The notes under the pieces: generated by a model
Database searches by the model: none
Told to the model about the DNA's origin: nothing
Seen by the model: only the letters and a program-made list of their open reading frames with translations
Translations under genes and position numbers: made by a program
Origin: Polyangium mundeleinium
Lineage (GTDB): Bacteria; Myxococcota_A; Polyangia; Polyangiales; Polyangiaceae
Reading direction: 5' to 3'
NCBI RefSeq assembly: GCF_028369105.1
Contig: NZ_JAQNDO010000001.1
Coordinates: forward strand, 1,715,711-1,779,710
Length of the DNA: 64,000 nucleotides
Part shown: positions 1 to 9,300 of the stretch, piece after piece
Numbering within the stretch: position 1 is the first letter of the stretch
Layout: each line of letters opens with the position of its first letter

Positions 1-590
1 CGGCCCGGCGAGAGGCCGAGCGTGTCCTCGACCGTAGGGACGAGGTTCACCTTGCGGGAGACGCCGACGTGCCGGCCCGCGGGATTGAAGGTGTACGAGG
101 TGTTGTAGACGCGCCCCTCGGCCGGCGAAAACGAATCGGCGAGGTTGCCGTGCGCATTGCGCGGCAAGAGCGCGCTGCCGGCCACGGTCCACGCCTCGTA
201 GCGCCGCGCGAATCGAGCGAAGGCGTCACGATAGAGGCGCTGCACGTCGGGGGCGACCGCGAGGAGAAAACCGACGCTCGTACGGGCCGTCTTGCCGCGG
301 AGCATCGCGGACGCCATGCGGAAGGGAGAACGGATCGCGACCTTTTTGAGCGCCTCGTCGACAGAGCGCGCGCCACGGACGGCGTCGAGCCGGCCGGCGA
401 GCGGCAAGAAGGCGCCGATCATCTCGGGGAAGACGGCGAGGCAAGGGTGCTCGTAAGCGCCGTGCGCGAGCCGCGTCCGAGCGTTCGCGAGTTTTTCGCC
501 GACGCGATCCAGCATCGCCTCGAAGGCCTCGGCGGACGCGTAGTCCTCGGGCGTGACGTGGACCTGGCAGGCCGCGAGCTCGACCTTCAC
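1..590 (-). CDS. Carbon-nitrogen hydrolase (nitrilase superfamily) protein, N-terminal portion. The gene runs off the left edge of the window and is not in the ORF track because its stop lies outside the window.
   Basis: Hand translation of the minus strand starting at a GTG at 588-590 gives VKVELAACQVHVTPEDYASAEAFEAMLDRV...GAYEHPCLAVFPEMIGAF..., which is typical of a CN-hydrolase N-terminus. Third-position GC is high in this frame. The GTG overlaps the TGA of the upstream gene (GTGA, 587-590). Confidence 0.5.
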   Translation of the reverse strand, partial: MKVELAACQVHVTPEDYASAEAFEAMLDRVGEKLANARTRLAHGAYEHPCLAVFPEMIGAFLPLAGRLDAVRGARSVDEALKKVAIRSPFRMASAMLRGKTARTSVGFLLAVAPDVQRLYRDAFARFARRYEAWTVAGSALLPRNAHGNLADSFSPAEGRVYNTSYTFNPAGRHVGVSRKVNLVPTVEDTLGLSPG

Positions 591-1594
591 GAAGGCCCCT
601 TGTCCCGCTCCACGCGGAAGGCAGGCACGCCCTTCGGCACGAGGACGGCGTTCGGCGCGCGATACCCGCCGGGCACCTCCGGATCCACCTCGCGTTCGAG
701 CGCGCCGAAGACACGAACCCGATCGCCCGGACGAACCACGACCTCGTCCACGGTGTCGTACGGGAATGCATCGAGGCCCTCGTCCTCGGGGTCGTCCTCG
801 GGCGAGATCGTCTGGACGAACTCTTCGAGGGACGGCGCGTCCGAACGATCGACCCGCTTCTTCGGGCCTTCGAGGCGGATGCGGCCCCCGGGGACGCGCA
901 GGAGGGTGCCGTCGTCGAGCTTCACCTCGAAGCCCGAGGTCTCCGCGTCGTGCAGCATGAGGTCGGTCCCGAGGAAGCGCTCGTTGCGGAGATCGAGGGC
1001 CCAGGCGACACATTCCTTGCCCGTCGCGGGCGCGAGCATGTTGGTTTGTCCGATCACGACACCGGTCGGCCCGGCCCTGCGCCCGAGCGAGGGAGGCTTC
1101 GTGAGCCCGCCGTTCGGCCGAGGCCGGTTCTGGTAGGCGCGGATGGCCTCGACGATCTTCGCGACGATCCAGTAGAGCAAGGCGCCGGCCGCCGCGATGA
1201 GCGCGATCACGGCGACGACAACGATGAATTCGCCCTCGAGCGCGACCGTGCCGCAGTCGCCGCAGCCGCTACACCCCTCGAAGATCGTGCCTGCGCCGAG
1301 CGAGGTGCCGCCGGCCTTCGCGAGCTGTTTGGCGCGCCTTCGCACGGACGGCGGGCCCCACACCTCGGTGCGCAGCGCGTTGCGCCCCGTGGGGGTCTCG
1401 ATCGAGGTCACCCGGTGCTTGGGGCCCCCATCACACGTCTCTTTCGGGCCGAGGAGCGTGCGGCAGTCGATGCAAACGCGGACGCGGGGAAATGCGGCGC
1501 GCGGGGCGAGCGCTGCCGACGTTTTGGCCTTGGGCGCCGTGAGGGACGTGGACGACATCGCGGCGCATCGTACTACGGGGGCACGTCGAGACAC
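587..1594 (-). CDS. Hypothetical membrane-anchored protein with an N-terminal Cys-rich (zinc-ribbon-like) segment, one TM helix and an acidic C-terminal domain.
   Basis: The track ORF is 335 aa and not Arg-biased. It has CIDC...C and CSGCGDC motifs, then the hydrophobic stretch FIVVVAVIALIAAAGALLYWIVAKIV, then a C-terminal domain. It is translationally coupled to the nitrilase-like gene downstream. The real start may be an internal Met near 1558. Confidence 0.5.
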   Translation of the reverse strand: MSRRAPVVRCAAMSSTSLTAPKAKTSAALAPRAAFPRVRVCIDCRTLLGPKETCDGGPKHRVTSIETPTGRNALRTEVWGPPSVRRRAKQLAKAGGTSLGAGTIFEGCSGCGDCGTVALEGEFIVVVAVIALIAAAGALLYWIVAKIVEAIRAYQNRPRPNGGLTKPPSLGRRAGPTGVVIGQTNMLAPATGKECVAWALDLRNERFLGTDLMLHDAETSGFEVKLDDGTLLRVPGGRIRLEGPKKRVDRSDAPSLEEFVQTISPEDDPEDEGLDAFPYDTVDEVVVRPGDRVRVFGALEREVDPEVPGGYRAPNAVLVPKGVPAFRVERDKGPS

Positions 1595-1684
1595 CGCCCG
1601 AGCAGCATCCGAGCTTGCTTGACACGCATCCCCCCTCGCTTCGATCCTGCCGCCCCGGCCCTCGCCCGGGGGGAAGCCTTGTTC

Positions 1685-2794
1685 ATGACGCCGAGACTCG
1701 CCACGGTTCTGCGCTCCATCGTCCTCGTCCTCGTCGTGCTCGTCGCCGCGGCCTGCAGTAGCCGCAGCAAGGACGGGCCCGGCGCCTCCTCAGACAAACC
1801 TCGCGTCGCGGTTTCGATCTTTCCGCTCTGGGACATCGCGCGTCGCGTCGCGGGCGACGGGCTCGACGTCGTGCTCGTGCTGCCGCCGGGCCGCTCCGAG
1901 CATAGCTACGACCCGACGCCGAAGGAGATGGCGCAGGTCGCGAAGAGCAAGCTCGGCATCTCGGTCGGCCTCGGCATGGATGGATGGCTGGAGAAGATCG
2001 TGCGGGGCGCCGCGGGCACGGACGTGCCGATCGTGCAGCTCGGCCCGAAGGCGAACCCGCGGCGCATGACGGCCGAGGAGGTCGGCGCCGAGGCCGCCGA
2101 GGAGGGCGAAGACCACGACGAGAAGGGCCACGACGATCACCACGACGACAAGGCGAAGCACGAGCACGACCACGAGAAACATGCCGACGGCCGCGAGCAT
2201 GACGACGGTGATCACGCGCCGAAGCCCGAGCCCAAGGGCGCGGCGAAGGGCGAGCACGACCACCACGGCCATCACCACGCGCACGGCGCCGAGGACCCGC
2301 ATTTCTGGCTGGATCCGGTGCGCATGAAGTCGGTCGTGCCCGAGCTCGTCGCGGCGTTCGAGAAGCTCGATCCGAAGGGCGCCGAGGGCTACCGGGCGCG
2401 TGGCAAGGCGTTGGAGGCGGAGCTCGACAAGCTGCACGCGGACCTCGAAGCGCGCGCGAAGGGCTGGACGAAGAAGACGATCGTCACGTTCCACGGCTCG
2501 ATGGGTTATTTCGCCGAGCGCTACGGCCTCTCGATCGCGGCCGTGATCGAGCCGTTCCCGGGCAAGGAGCCGACGGCGCGGTACGTGAAGGACGTGCTCG
2601 CCGCGGTCGAGAAGACCAAGCCCGCGGCGCTCTTCTCCGAGCCGCAGCTCGATCGCAGGCCCGCGCAGGTGATCGCCGATCAGGGGAAGCTGCCGCTCTT
2701 CGAGCTCGATCCGATCGGCGGCAGCGCCGGCGCCGAGACGTACGAGAAGCTCCTCCTGAAGAACGCCGACGTCCTCGACAAGGCCTTGAAATGA
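1685..2794 (+). CDS. znuA: Zinc ABC transporter substrate-binding lipoprotein ZnuA with a long His/Asp/Glu-rich loop.
   Basis: The real start is MTPRLATVL, computed from the track ORF 950..2794. The signal peptide and lipobox LVAAAC|SS are present. The His-rich loop reads HDDHHDDKAKHEHDHEKH...HDHHGHHHAHG. Conserved ZnuA/TroA-like blocks (FHGSMGYFAERYGL) follow. Confidence 0.85.
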   Translation: MTPRLATVLRSIVLVLVVLVAAACSSRSKDGPGASSDKPRVAVSIFPLWDIARRVAGDGLDVVLVLPPGRSEHSYDPTPKEMAQVAKSKLGISVGLGMDGWLEKIVRGAAGTDVPIVQLGPKANPRRMTAEEVGAEAAEEGEDHDEKGHDDHHDDKAKHEHDHEKHADGREHDDGDHAPKPEPKGAAKGEHDHHGHHHAHGAEDPHFWLDPVRMKSVVPELVAAFEKLDPKGAEGYRARGKALEAELDKLHADLEARAKGWTKKTIVTFHGSMGYFAERYGLSIAAVIEPFPGKEPTARYVKDVLAAVEKTKPAALFSEPQLDRRPAQVIADQGKLPLFELDPIGGSAGAETYEKLLLKNADVLDKALK

Positions 2795-3618
2795 GCGCGG
2801 TGCACGCCGAAGCGGACGGGATGCCGCAAGGGCATTTCACGCTGCCCGATCCCTCGCTGTCGCGGGTTTTGGAGGTGGAGAACCTCATCGTCGACGTGCC
2901 CGGGCGGAGGCTGCTCGACGGGATCTCGTTCTGGGTGCCGAAGGGCGAGTTCGTGTGCCTCTGCGGCCCGAACGGCGCGGGCAAGAGCACGTTCCTGAAG
3001 ACGGTGCTCGGCCTGATGCCGCCGACGAGCGGCTCGATCCGCATCCTGGGCAAACCCGCGCAAAAAGCGCTGCGGGACGTGGGCTACGTGCCGCAGCGCA
3101 AGACGAGCGATATGACCTTCCCTGCCCGCTCGATCGACCTCATCGTGGCGAGCATGCGCGGGAGCTGGCCTTTGCGCATCCGCGAGGAGGAGCGCGCCCG
3201 CGCGATCGAGATCCTGCGGCACGTGGGCGGGGAGAAGCTGCTCGAAAAGGAGATCGCGCGGCTCTCGGGCGGCGAGACGCAGCGGGTCTTTTTGGCGCGG
3301 GCGCTCGTGAACAAGCCGTCGCTCGTGATCCTGGACGAGCCGACGGCAGGCGTCGACGTGAAGGGCCGAGCTGAGTTCCTCGATTTGCTGGCGGAGATCT
3401 CGGCGAGCGACGAGCTCGCGGCGATCCTCGTGACACACAACCTGGCGGCGGTCGCGCGTTGCGCCGAGCGGGTGGTGTACCTCGACGCGGGGCGCGTCTC
3501 TGCGTGGGGATTGCCGAGCGAGCTGCTCGGCCAGGCGTCGCTTTCGGCGATATCGGCCGTGGCGGGCGGCGACCACGCGGCGCATTCGCATCACCACAAA
3601 TTGCCGGACGAGGAGTGA
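2791..3618 (+). CDS. znuC: Zinc ABC transporter ATP-binding protein ZnuC.
   Basis: Walker A (GPNGAGKST), ABC signature (LSGGETQRV) and Walker B (LVILDEPTAGVD) are all present. The start ATG overlaps the znuA stop (ATGA). Confidence 0.9.
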   Translation: MSAVHAEADGMPQGHFTLPDPSLSRVLEVENLIVDVPGRRLLDGISFWVPKGEFVCLCGPNGAGKSTFLKTVLGLMPPTSGSIRILGKPAQKALRDVGYVPQRKTSDMTFPARSIDLIVASMRGSWPLRIREEERARAIEILRHVGGEKLLEKEIARLSGGETQRVFLARALVNKPSLVILDEPTAGVDVKGRAEFLDLLAEISASDELAAILVTHNLAAVARCAERVVYLDAGRVSAWGLPSELLGQASLSAISAVAGGDHAAHSHHHKLPDEE

Positions 3619-3624
3619 ACGTTC

Positions 3625-4446
3625 GTGGACGGATTGCTCGAGCCCTTGCTGGTGCCCTTCATGATGCGGGCGATGATCGCCGGCGCGGTGGTGGGCGGTC
3701 TCTGCGCGATGATCGGCGTCTTCGTGGTGCAGCGGGGCCTCTCGTTCATCGGCGACGGCCTGGCGCACGCGGCGTTCGGCGGCATCGCCCTCGGCCTTCT
3801 GCTCGGCGTGTCGCTGGAGCGAATGACGTGGGTGGCGCTGCCGTTCACGGTGCTGATCGCGCTCGGAATCGGTTATGTCCTGCGGCGCGGGAGCCTGCGC
3901 GGGGACGTGGCGACGGGCGTGTTTTCGGCGGTGTCGTTCGCGCTCGGCGTGCTCCTTCTGGGGCTCCGGTCGACGGACGGTCCGCAGGTGAACGTGGAGA
4001 CGGTGCTCTTCGGGAGCATCTTGGCGATATCCCCGGACGATCTGATCACGGTGGGCGTGGTCGGCGTGGTGACGACGCTGCTCATGGCATTCACGTGGAC
4101 GAAGCTCGCGTATGCGACGTTCGACCCGGAGCTCGCGGCGCTGTCGGGCGTGAAGGTGGCCGCGCTCGATTACATGTTGCTCGCGCTGACGGCCGTGGTG
4201 ATCGTGGTGGCCGTGAAGACGGTGGGGATCGCGCTGGTGAGCTCGTTCGTGGTGATCCCGGCCGCGACCGCGAAAATGGTGGGCCGGAGCATCGGGCGCG
4301 TGGCGCTGCTCGCGGTGGCCATCGGGGTCGTCGGGTCATCGATTGGATTGATGCTTTCGTACTACGCGGACGTGGCCAGCGGGGCGACGATCATCCTGAC
4401 GCTGGGGGGGGTGTTCGGACTCGCCCTTTTGTTCAAGAAAAAGTGA
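3625..4446 (+). CDS. znuB: Zinc ABC transporter permease ZnuB.
   Basis: It is a 273-aa polytopic membrane protein of the ABC-3 family. The start is a GTG 7 nt after the znuC stop, completing a znuACB operon. Confidence 0.85.
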   Translation: MDGLLEPLLVPFMMRAMIAGAVVGGLCAMIGVFVVQRGLSFIGDGLAHAAFGGIALGLLLGVSLERMTWVALPFTVLIALGIGYVLRRGSLRGDVATGVFSAVSFALGVLLLGLRSTDGPQVNVETVLFGSILAISPDDLITVGVVGVVTTLLMAFTWTKLAYATFDPELAALSGVKVAALDYMLLALTAVVIVVAVKTVGIALVSSFVVIPAATAKMVGRSIGRVALLAVAIGVVGSSIGLMLSYYADVASGATIILTLGGVFGLALLFKKK

Positions 4447-4498
4447 AGGAATCGGCGTGCACGGCGCGTGAAGATGAGCGAGGTCCGCGGGGCGAGCC

Positions 4499-5344
4499 TT
4501 GTCGGTTCGCCCGGGGATCGATACACTGCCTCTCATGGCTCTGTCGGCACGTCCCACGTGGCGGGTGAACCCGGCGGATCCCCGCGCTCCGAGCCAGGAA
4601 GAGTGGGATCTCATGTCGGAGGCGGAGCGGGCGCACGTGGAGGCGACCCTGCCGTCCGAGTTCGACCTCGGGCTGGAGCCGCCCGAGGGGGATCCGCACT
4701 GGACGGCCATTGCGAACGCGCGGAAGACGCTGGAGACGTTTTTCAGGCGGATCGGGCGCAAGATCTACATCTCGGGGGGGCTCGCGGTGTATTACCCCGG
4801 CGAGGAGATGTGCTCGCCCGATCTCCTGGCGGTGGTCGACGTGGAGCCGCGTCCGCGCACCTCCTGGGTGGTTTCCCGGGAGGGCAAGGGGCTCGACTGG
4901 GCGCTCGAGGTGCTGCACGCGGGGGACGCGGCGAAGGACCAGCGCAACATCGAGCGGTATGCGCGGCTCGGCATCCACGAGTATTTCATGTTCGATCGGA
5001 GGCGGCTGAGGCTCTCGGGGTTCCGATTGCCGCCCGCGGAGCACGGCGCGCGTTCCCGGGCTTATCGGCCGATCGTCCCCCAAGGCGGGCGGTATACGTC
5101 GGAGGTCCTCGGGCTGGAGTTGTTGGTGGAGGGCGAGAAGCTACGTTTCCTCTTCGGAGGTGCCGCGCTGCCGGACGCGGAGGAGACGATCGCCAAGCTG
5201 GAGAGCTTGCTGGGCGAGGCGCTCGCGCGGCACGAGGAAGATGCACGCAGGGCCGAGGAAGAGGCGAGGCGCCGGGAGGAGCTCGAAGCGGAGCTCGCCG
5301 CCATGCGCGTGGAGCTCGAACGGCTGAAGAAGGGGCAATCCTGA
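4499..5344 (+). CDS. Uma2-family (DUF820) putative restriction-endonuclease-like protein.
   Basis: Uma2-like blocks are visible (DLLAVVDVEPRP, YARLGIHEYFMFD), followed by a C-terminal coiled-coil EEARRREELEAELAAMRVELERL. The start could instead be the Met at 4535. Confidence 0.65.
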   Translation: MSVRPGIDTLPLMALSARPTWRVNPADPRAPSQEEWDLMSEAERAHVEATLPSEFDLGLEPPEGDPHWTAIANARKTLETFFRRIGRKIYISGGLAVYYPGEEMCSPDLLAVVDVEPRPRTSWVVSREGKGLDWALEVLHAGDAAKDQRNIERYARLGIHEYFMFDRRRLRLSGFRLPPAEHGARSRAYRPIVPQGGRYTSEVLGLELLVEGEKLRFLFGGAALPDAEETIAKLESLLGEALARHEEDARRAEEEARRREELEAELAAMRVELERLKKGQS

Positions 5345-5345
5345 G

Positions 5346-6263
5346 TCAGCTCTCGCCAAACCAAATCCGCGCGAACACCCGCGGCCGCGCCTTCTCGATC
5401 GGCCCCTGGGCTTCCTCGTCCGACACCAGGATCGCCGCCACGCCCGCCGCGTCGTCCCCCGCGAACGCGCGCAGCGCGACCCGCACCCGTTCGCCGGCGA
5501 AACTCGGCTTTCGGTAGGCGATCTCCGCGGCGCGTGCGATTTGCGGGTTTTTCCGGCCGTGGTCCCACAACCGGCGCAGCGCGGCTTCCACGAAGAGGCG
5601 CGGATAGACCAGCGAATTGACGTGCTGGTTCGAATCCGTATGGTCGAGACCAAAGAGCACGTGCGTCGCGTCGAGCGTGAATGCGTCGTCGAGCCAGCGC
5701 GCCCCCGGCGGCAGCTCGATCGAGGCCTCGGGCGGTCGCCACGCATGGCGGTCGGGCGGCACCTCGGGAAAACCCGGCACGGAGACGCGCGTGATCTTGC
5801 GCGCCTCCGGGGGGCCGAACGGGCGCGTGACCACGTGCTCGGCAAAGACGCGGCCCGCGAGCAGGCGCTCGCCCGCGTTCGCAGGCGCGGGCCCGTGCGT
5901 GCGGCCTGCTTCGCCGTACACGTTGCACCACATGTTCAGCATCAGCCGCTCGACCGCGCCGTCTGCGCCCACGGTGTGCGCGATCTGGAATCGTCCCTCG
6001 CCTTCGACCTTGGACATCACCGACAGCGGGCCCTCGCCGCCCTCGATCACGAAACGGCTCAGGATCGGGAGGATCCCCTCCGCCGCGAGCGCGGGCGCCG
6101 CGCCCCGCTGCCACACCGCTCGCCACACCGAAGGCCCGAGCACCACGGGCATCGCGTCGAGGAGGAGTTTTCCGTTCTGACTAATGTCCTCGTAACGTAG
6201 GACCAGCGGCCCCGACGCGCGTTGTGCCTCCGGAACCTCGGGTTCTGCGGGGATGAACGTCAT
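5346..6263 (-). CDS. Hotdog-fold thioesterase (acyl-ACP / 4HBT-like thioesterase family).
   Basis: This is the C-terminal 305 aa of the 1499-aa minus-frame track ORF; the rest of that ORF is antisense artefact. The start is MTFIPAEPEV and the thioesterase motif reads LDHTDSNQHVNSLVYPRLF. It is convergent with the Uma2 gene with a 1-nt gap. Confidence 0.6.
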   Translation of the reverse strand: MTFIPAEPEVPEAQRASGPLVLRYEDISQNGKLLLDAMPVVLGPSVWRAVWQRGAAPALAAEGILPILSRFVIEGGEGPLSVMSKVEGEGRFQIAHTVGADGAVERLMLNMWCNVYGEAGRTHGPAPANAGERLLAGRVFAEHVVTRPFGPPEARKITRVSVPGFPEVPPDRHAWRPPEASIELPPGARWLDDAFTLDATHVLFGLDHTDSNQHVNSLVYPRLFVEAALRRLWDHGRKNPQIARAAEIAYRKPSFAGERVRVALRAFAGDDAAGVAAILVSDEEAQGPIEKARPRVFARIWFGES

Positions 6264-6371
6264 GCGCGGCGATGTAGCAACGTTTGGGCGCCTCGCCCGT
6301 GACAATTGTCGAACGTCGGCGTTCCTGGTGGGGCAGAGCTCATGTAGAATGCTTCGCGTGGGAGGGTCCAC

Positions 6372-9300
6372 ATGCGCGCTCGTCTGACTCGCTCGCCTGT
6401 CTTGCGCCGTGTTCTTCGTTCGTTTGGCCTGGTCGCCACCGTCGCTGCGGCCGCGTCGTGCCACGAGGGCATCGATACCACCCGGATTGCGCCGCCGAAG
6501 GCCACGCTCGGCGACGACCTTTACGGTGTGCTCTGCGATCGTATCGGCGCGAGTTCGCTGACCGAAGATCTCACGGGCGGATCGTACCATGCGATCTGCC
6601 ACTACTCGAACCAGGGGATCTACGCGGACACAGTCGATACGAGCTTCCTGCCGCCCGCGCGCGGGGCCGAGCAGGAGACGGCGCGCGCGCTCGGCATCGC
6701 CAAGGTCGAGGCCATGGCGAAGCGGCGCAGCGACCTCGTGCAGGCGTTCAACGCGATCTTTCCCGACATCGAGATCGACGACGTCACGACCGAGGCCGAG
6801 GGCGACAAGGTGCGGCTGCACGACGCGCTCCTGTCGTTCAGTCAGAACCTCTCGCGCCTCTACGAGTCGAATCCGTTCGAGCCCCAAGGAACGCCCACGG
6901 TGCCCGCCTCGACACGCGCGCTCGGCGAGGTCTTCGCCTCGTTCATGCAGAGCGAGCCCGCACGTCAAGCCTTCTCGAAGATATGGGGACGGCAAGGGTA
7001 CAGGCCGACGGGCGCGGCGCTCGGCGCGGTGCGGCCCTTGCTCTCGTATCCGCGGCTGCGTCCGCTCCTCGGCAGCGCGCTCGATGTGCTCGCGCCCGAG
7101 GGCGTGATGGCGCCCGAGCTCGCGCAGATCCTTCGCGTCGTGGAGCGGGATCTCGCGACCTCGAAGCCGACGCTCGCGCCGCTCGTGCCGCTCGTCGTGG
7201 ACCCGGCGACGGCGCAGCCGAATCGGCCGATGGAGACGCTCGAGATGCTGTCGCGGATCCTGCTCGACCAGGACGCGCGGTACGCGAAGGACGAAGCCGC
7301 AGAGCCGACGTGGATCGCGCGGCGGGATCGGCGTGGGTTTGTCGTTCCGTTCGGCAATGTGCCGGGGCAGGCGGGCACGGTGCCCGCGCCGTTCGCGGAT
7401 ACGGACGGTGATGGGTTCGCGGACACGGACGAGTTCGGGCAGTTCGTCACGGACATCAACGTGCCCGTCGCGGCGCTCGCGCCGTTCAGCCCGCAAGGAA
7501 CGCCGGGCACGGACGCCTATGGCCGCGCCGAGCCGCAGATGTACGAATACGTCGACACGTCGCGCACGCTGATCGGCGCGGTCGCGCAGGATCTCGCGCC
7601 GCTCGTGGACGCGACGCAGTACGCGCCGAGCGCGGGCGACGACGCGTGGAAGGACGAGCGCGAGACGTTGATGTACGCGGTCGCGGGGGCGACGATGCTG
7701 CTCGGGGATCGCGAGGACGCGGTCTACGATCTGGAGACCGAGGAGGTCAAACCCGCGGGGACCGCGTGTGCGAGCTGTGTCCCGTATCGGCGTTTCAAGG
7801 CCGATACCTCGCCGCTGCCGGATCTCGCGCATGCGCTCGGGCAGATCCTCGCGGATCCGGAGTCGGATGCGCTCGTGCTCGGGCTCATCGATCTCGTGGA
7901 GAACCACGAGCAGGAGCTTTCGCGGCTGCTCGGCGCGGCGCTGAAGATCCGGAAGATCGCGGAGGGCCACGACGTGCTCGCGGCGCAGGGCAAGGAGAAG
8001 CTCGCGGAGATTCCGTACGAGGCGCCGATTTGGGACGAGATTGCGGCCGTGATGGGGCGGGTCACGCAGCGGCCGGGGCTTACGGCGAAGCTCATCGGAT
8101 CGTTCGCAGATCCGGCGTTCGTGACGCCGACGGGCGGCGTGTCGCACATGGGCGAGTCGCTCATGCGGCTCATGACGACCCGCGACGAGATGACGTATTA
8201 CGACGACGACCTCAATGGTCCGGCGTGGAACGTCACGACGAACAACACGCTCGATCCGTCGACGCCCGTCGATCGGACGAAGCCGCTCGCGGGGGAGAAC
8301 CGCTCGTGCTGGGAGCGGACGCTCGACATCATTCACCACGCGAACAACGTGAAGGCGTGTAACAAGCAGGGCGCGAAGGTGAAAGCGGCGCTCGGCAGCC
8401 TCACGGTGTCGTGGCCGCTCATCGGTAGCTACGACGAATGCGAGCTGCTCGCGTTCCCGAACCTCGGGGTGTTTTACCTCGACTCGGTCCTGCCGGCCAA
8501 TCACCCCAAGCGGGCCGAGTTCAAGATCAAATCGGGCACGCTCGAAGGCATTCTGAACTTCCTCGGTGCCTTCACGGACAAGGGCGCGCTCTTCGAGCAG
8601 TCGTCGGGCATCACGGGCCTGACGCTGAAGCCGGAACCGAAGGCGCTGAACCGGCTCGTCTTTTTCGGCGCGACGTCGGATCAGTTCAGCGTGCTGCCGG
8701 ACATCGACCTCTACATCCTCGGCGGCAACGCGAAGAACAAGAAGACGAACGATTTCATCTCGAACCTGATCGAGCCCGTCCCCACCGTGGTTTGTCCGCA
8801 GACGCAGATCGAGACGCGCAAGTGCCAGACGTCGGCCGACATTCTCCGCCTGCGCGGAGAGAACACACTGTTCGTCCTCGAACGGTTCGGCTTCTACGAT
8901 TACCTGCGACCCCTGGTGACCACGTTCGCGAACGCGACGTGCACCGACGCTGGGCAATGCCAGCAGCAGAACGGCGAGTTCGTGGCCGACGGCGAGGTCA
9001 TGCTGCTCGACCTCATCGAGATCCTGAAGCGCCACTGGCCGGGGCCCGATCACGGCGCGGAGTGCGATTCGAGCGGGGATGCCAAGACGAACCCGCTCTA
9101 TTGCTCGGGCGCGGGCGTGAACACGTACGAGCCGATCCTGGCGGACGCGTTCATGACCGACATCGTGCCCGCGCTGCACGAGTTCTCGAAGGCGATGCGC
9201 GACGTCTCGAAGATCACGGTCGCGCGTGGGCCGAACGCGGGCAAGGTGCTCACGGGCGCCGACGTGCTCGAAAAGACCGCGCAGCTCCTGTTCGACCCGG

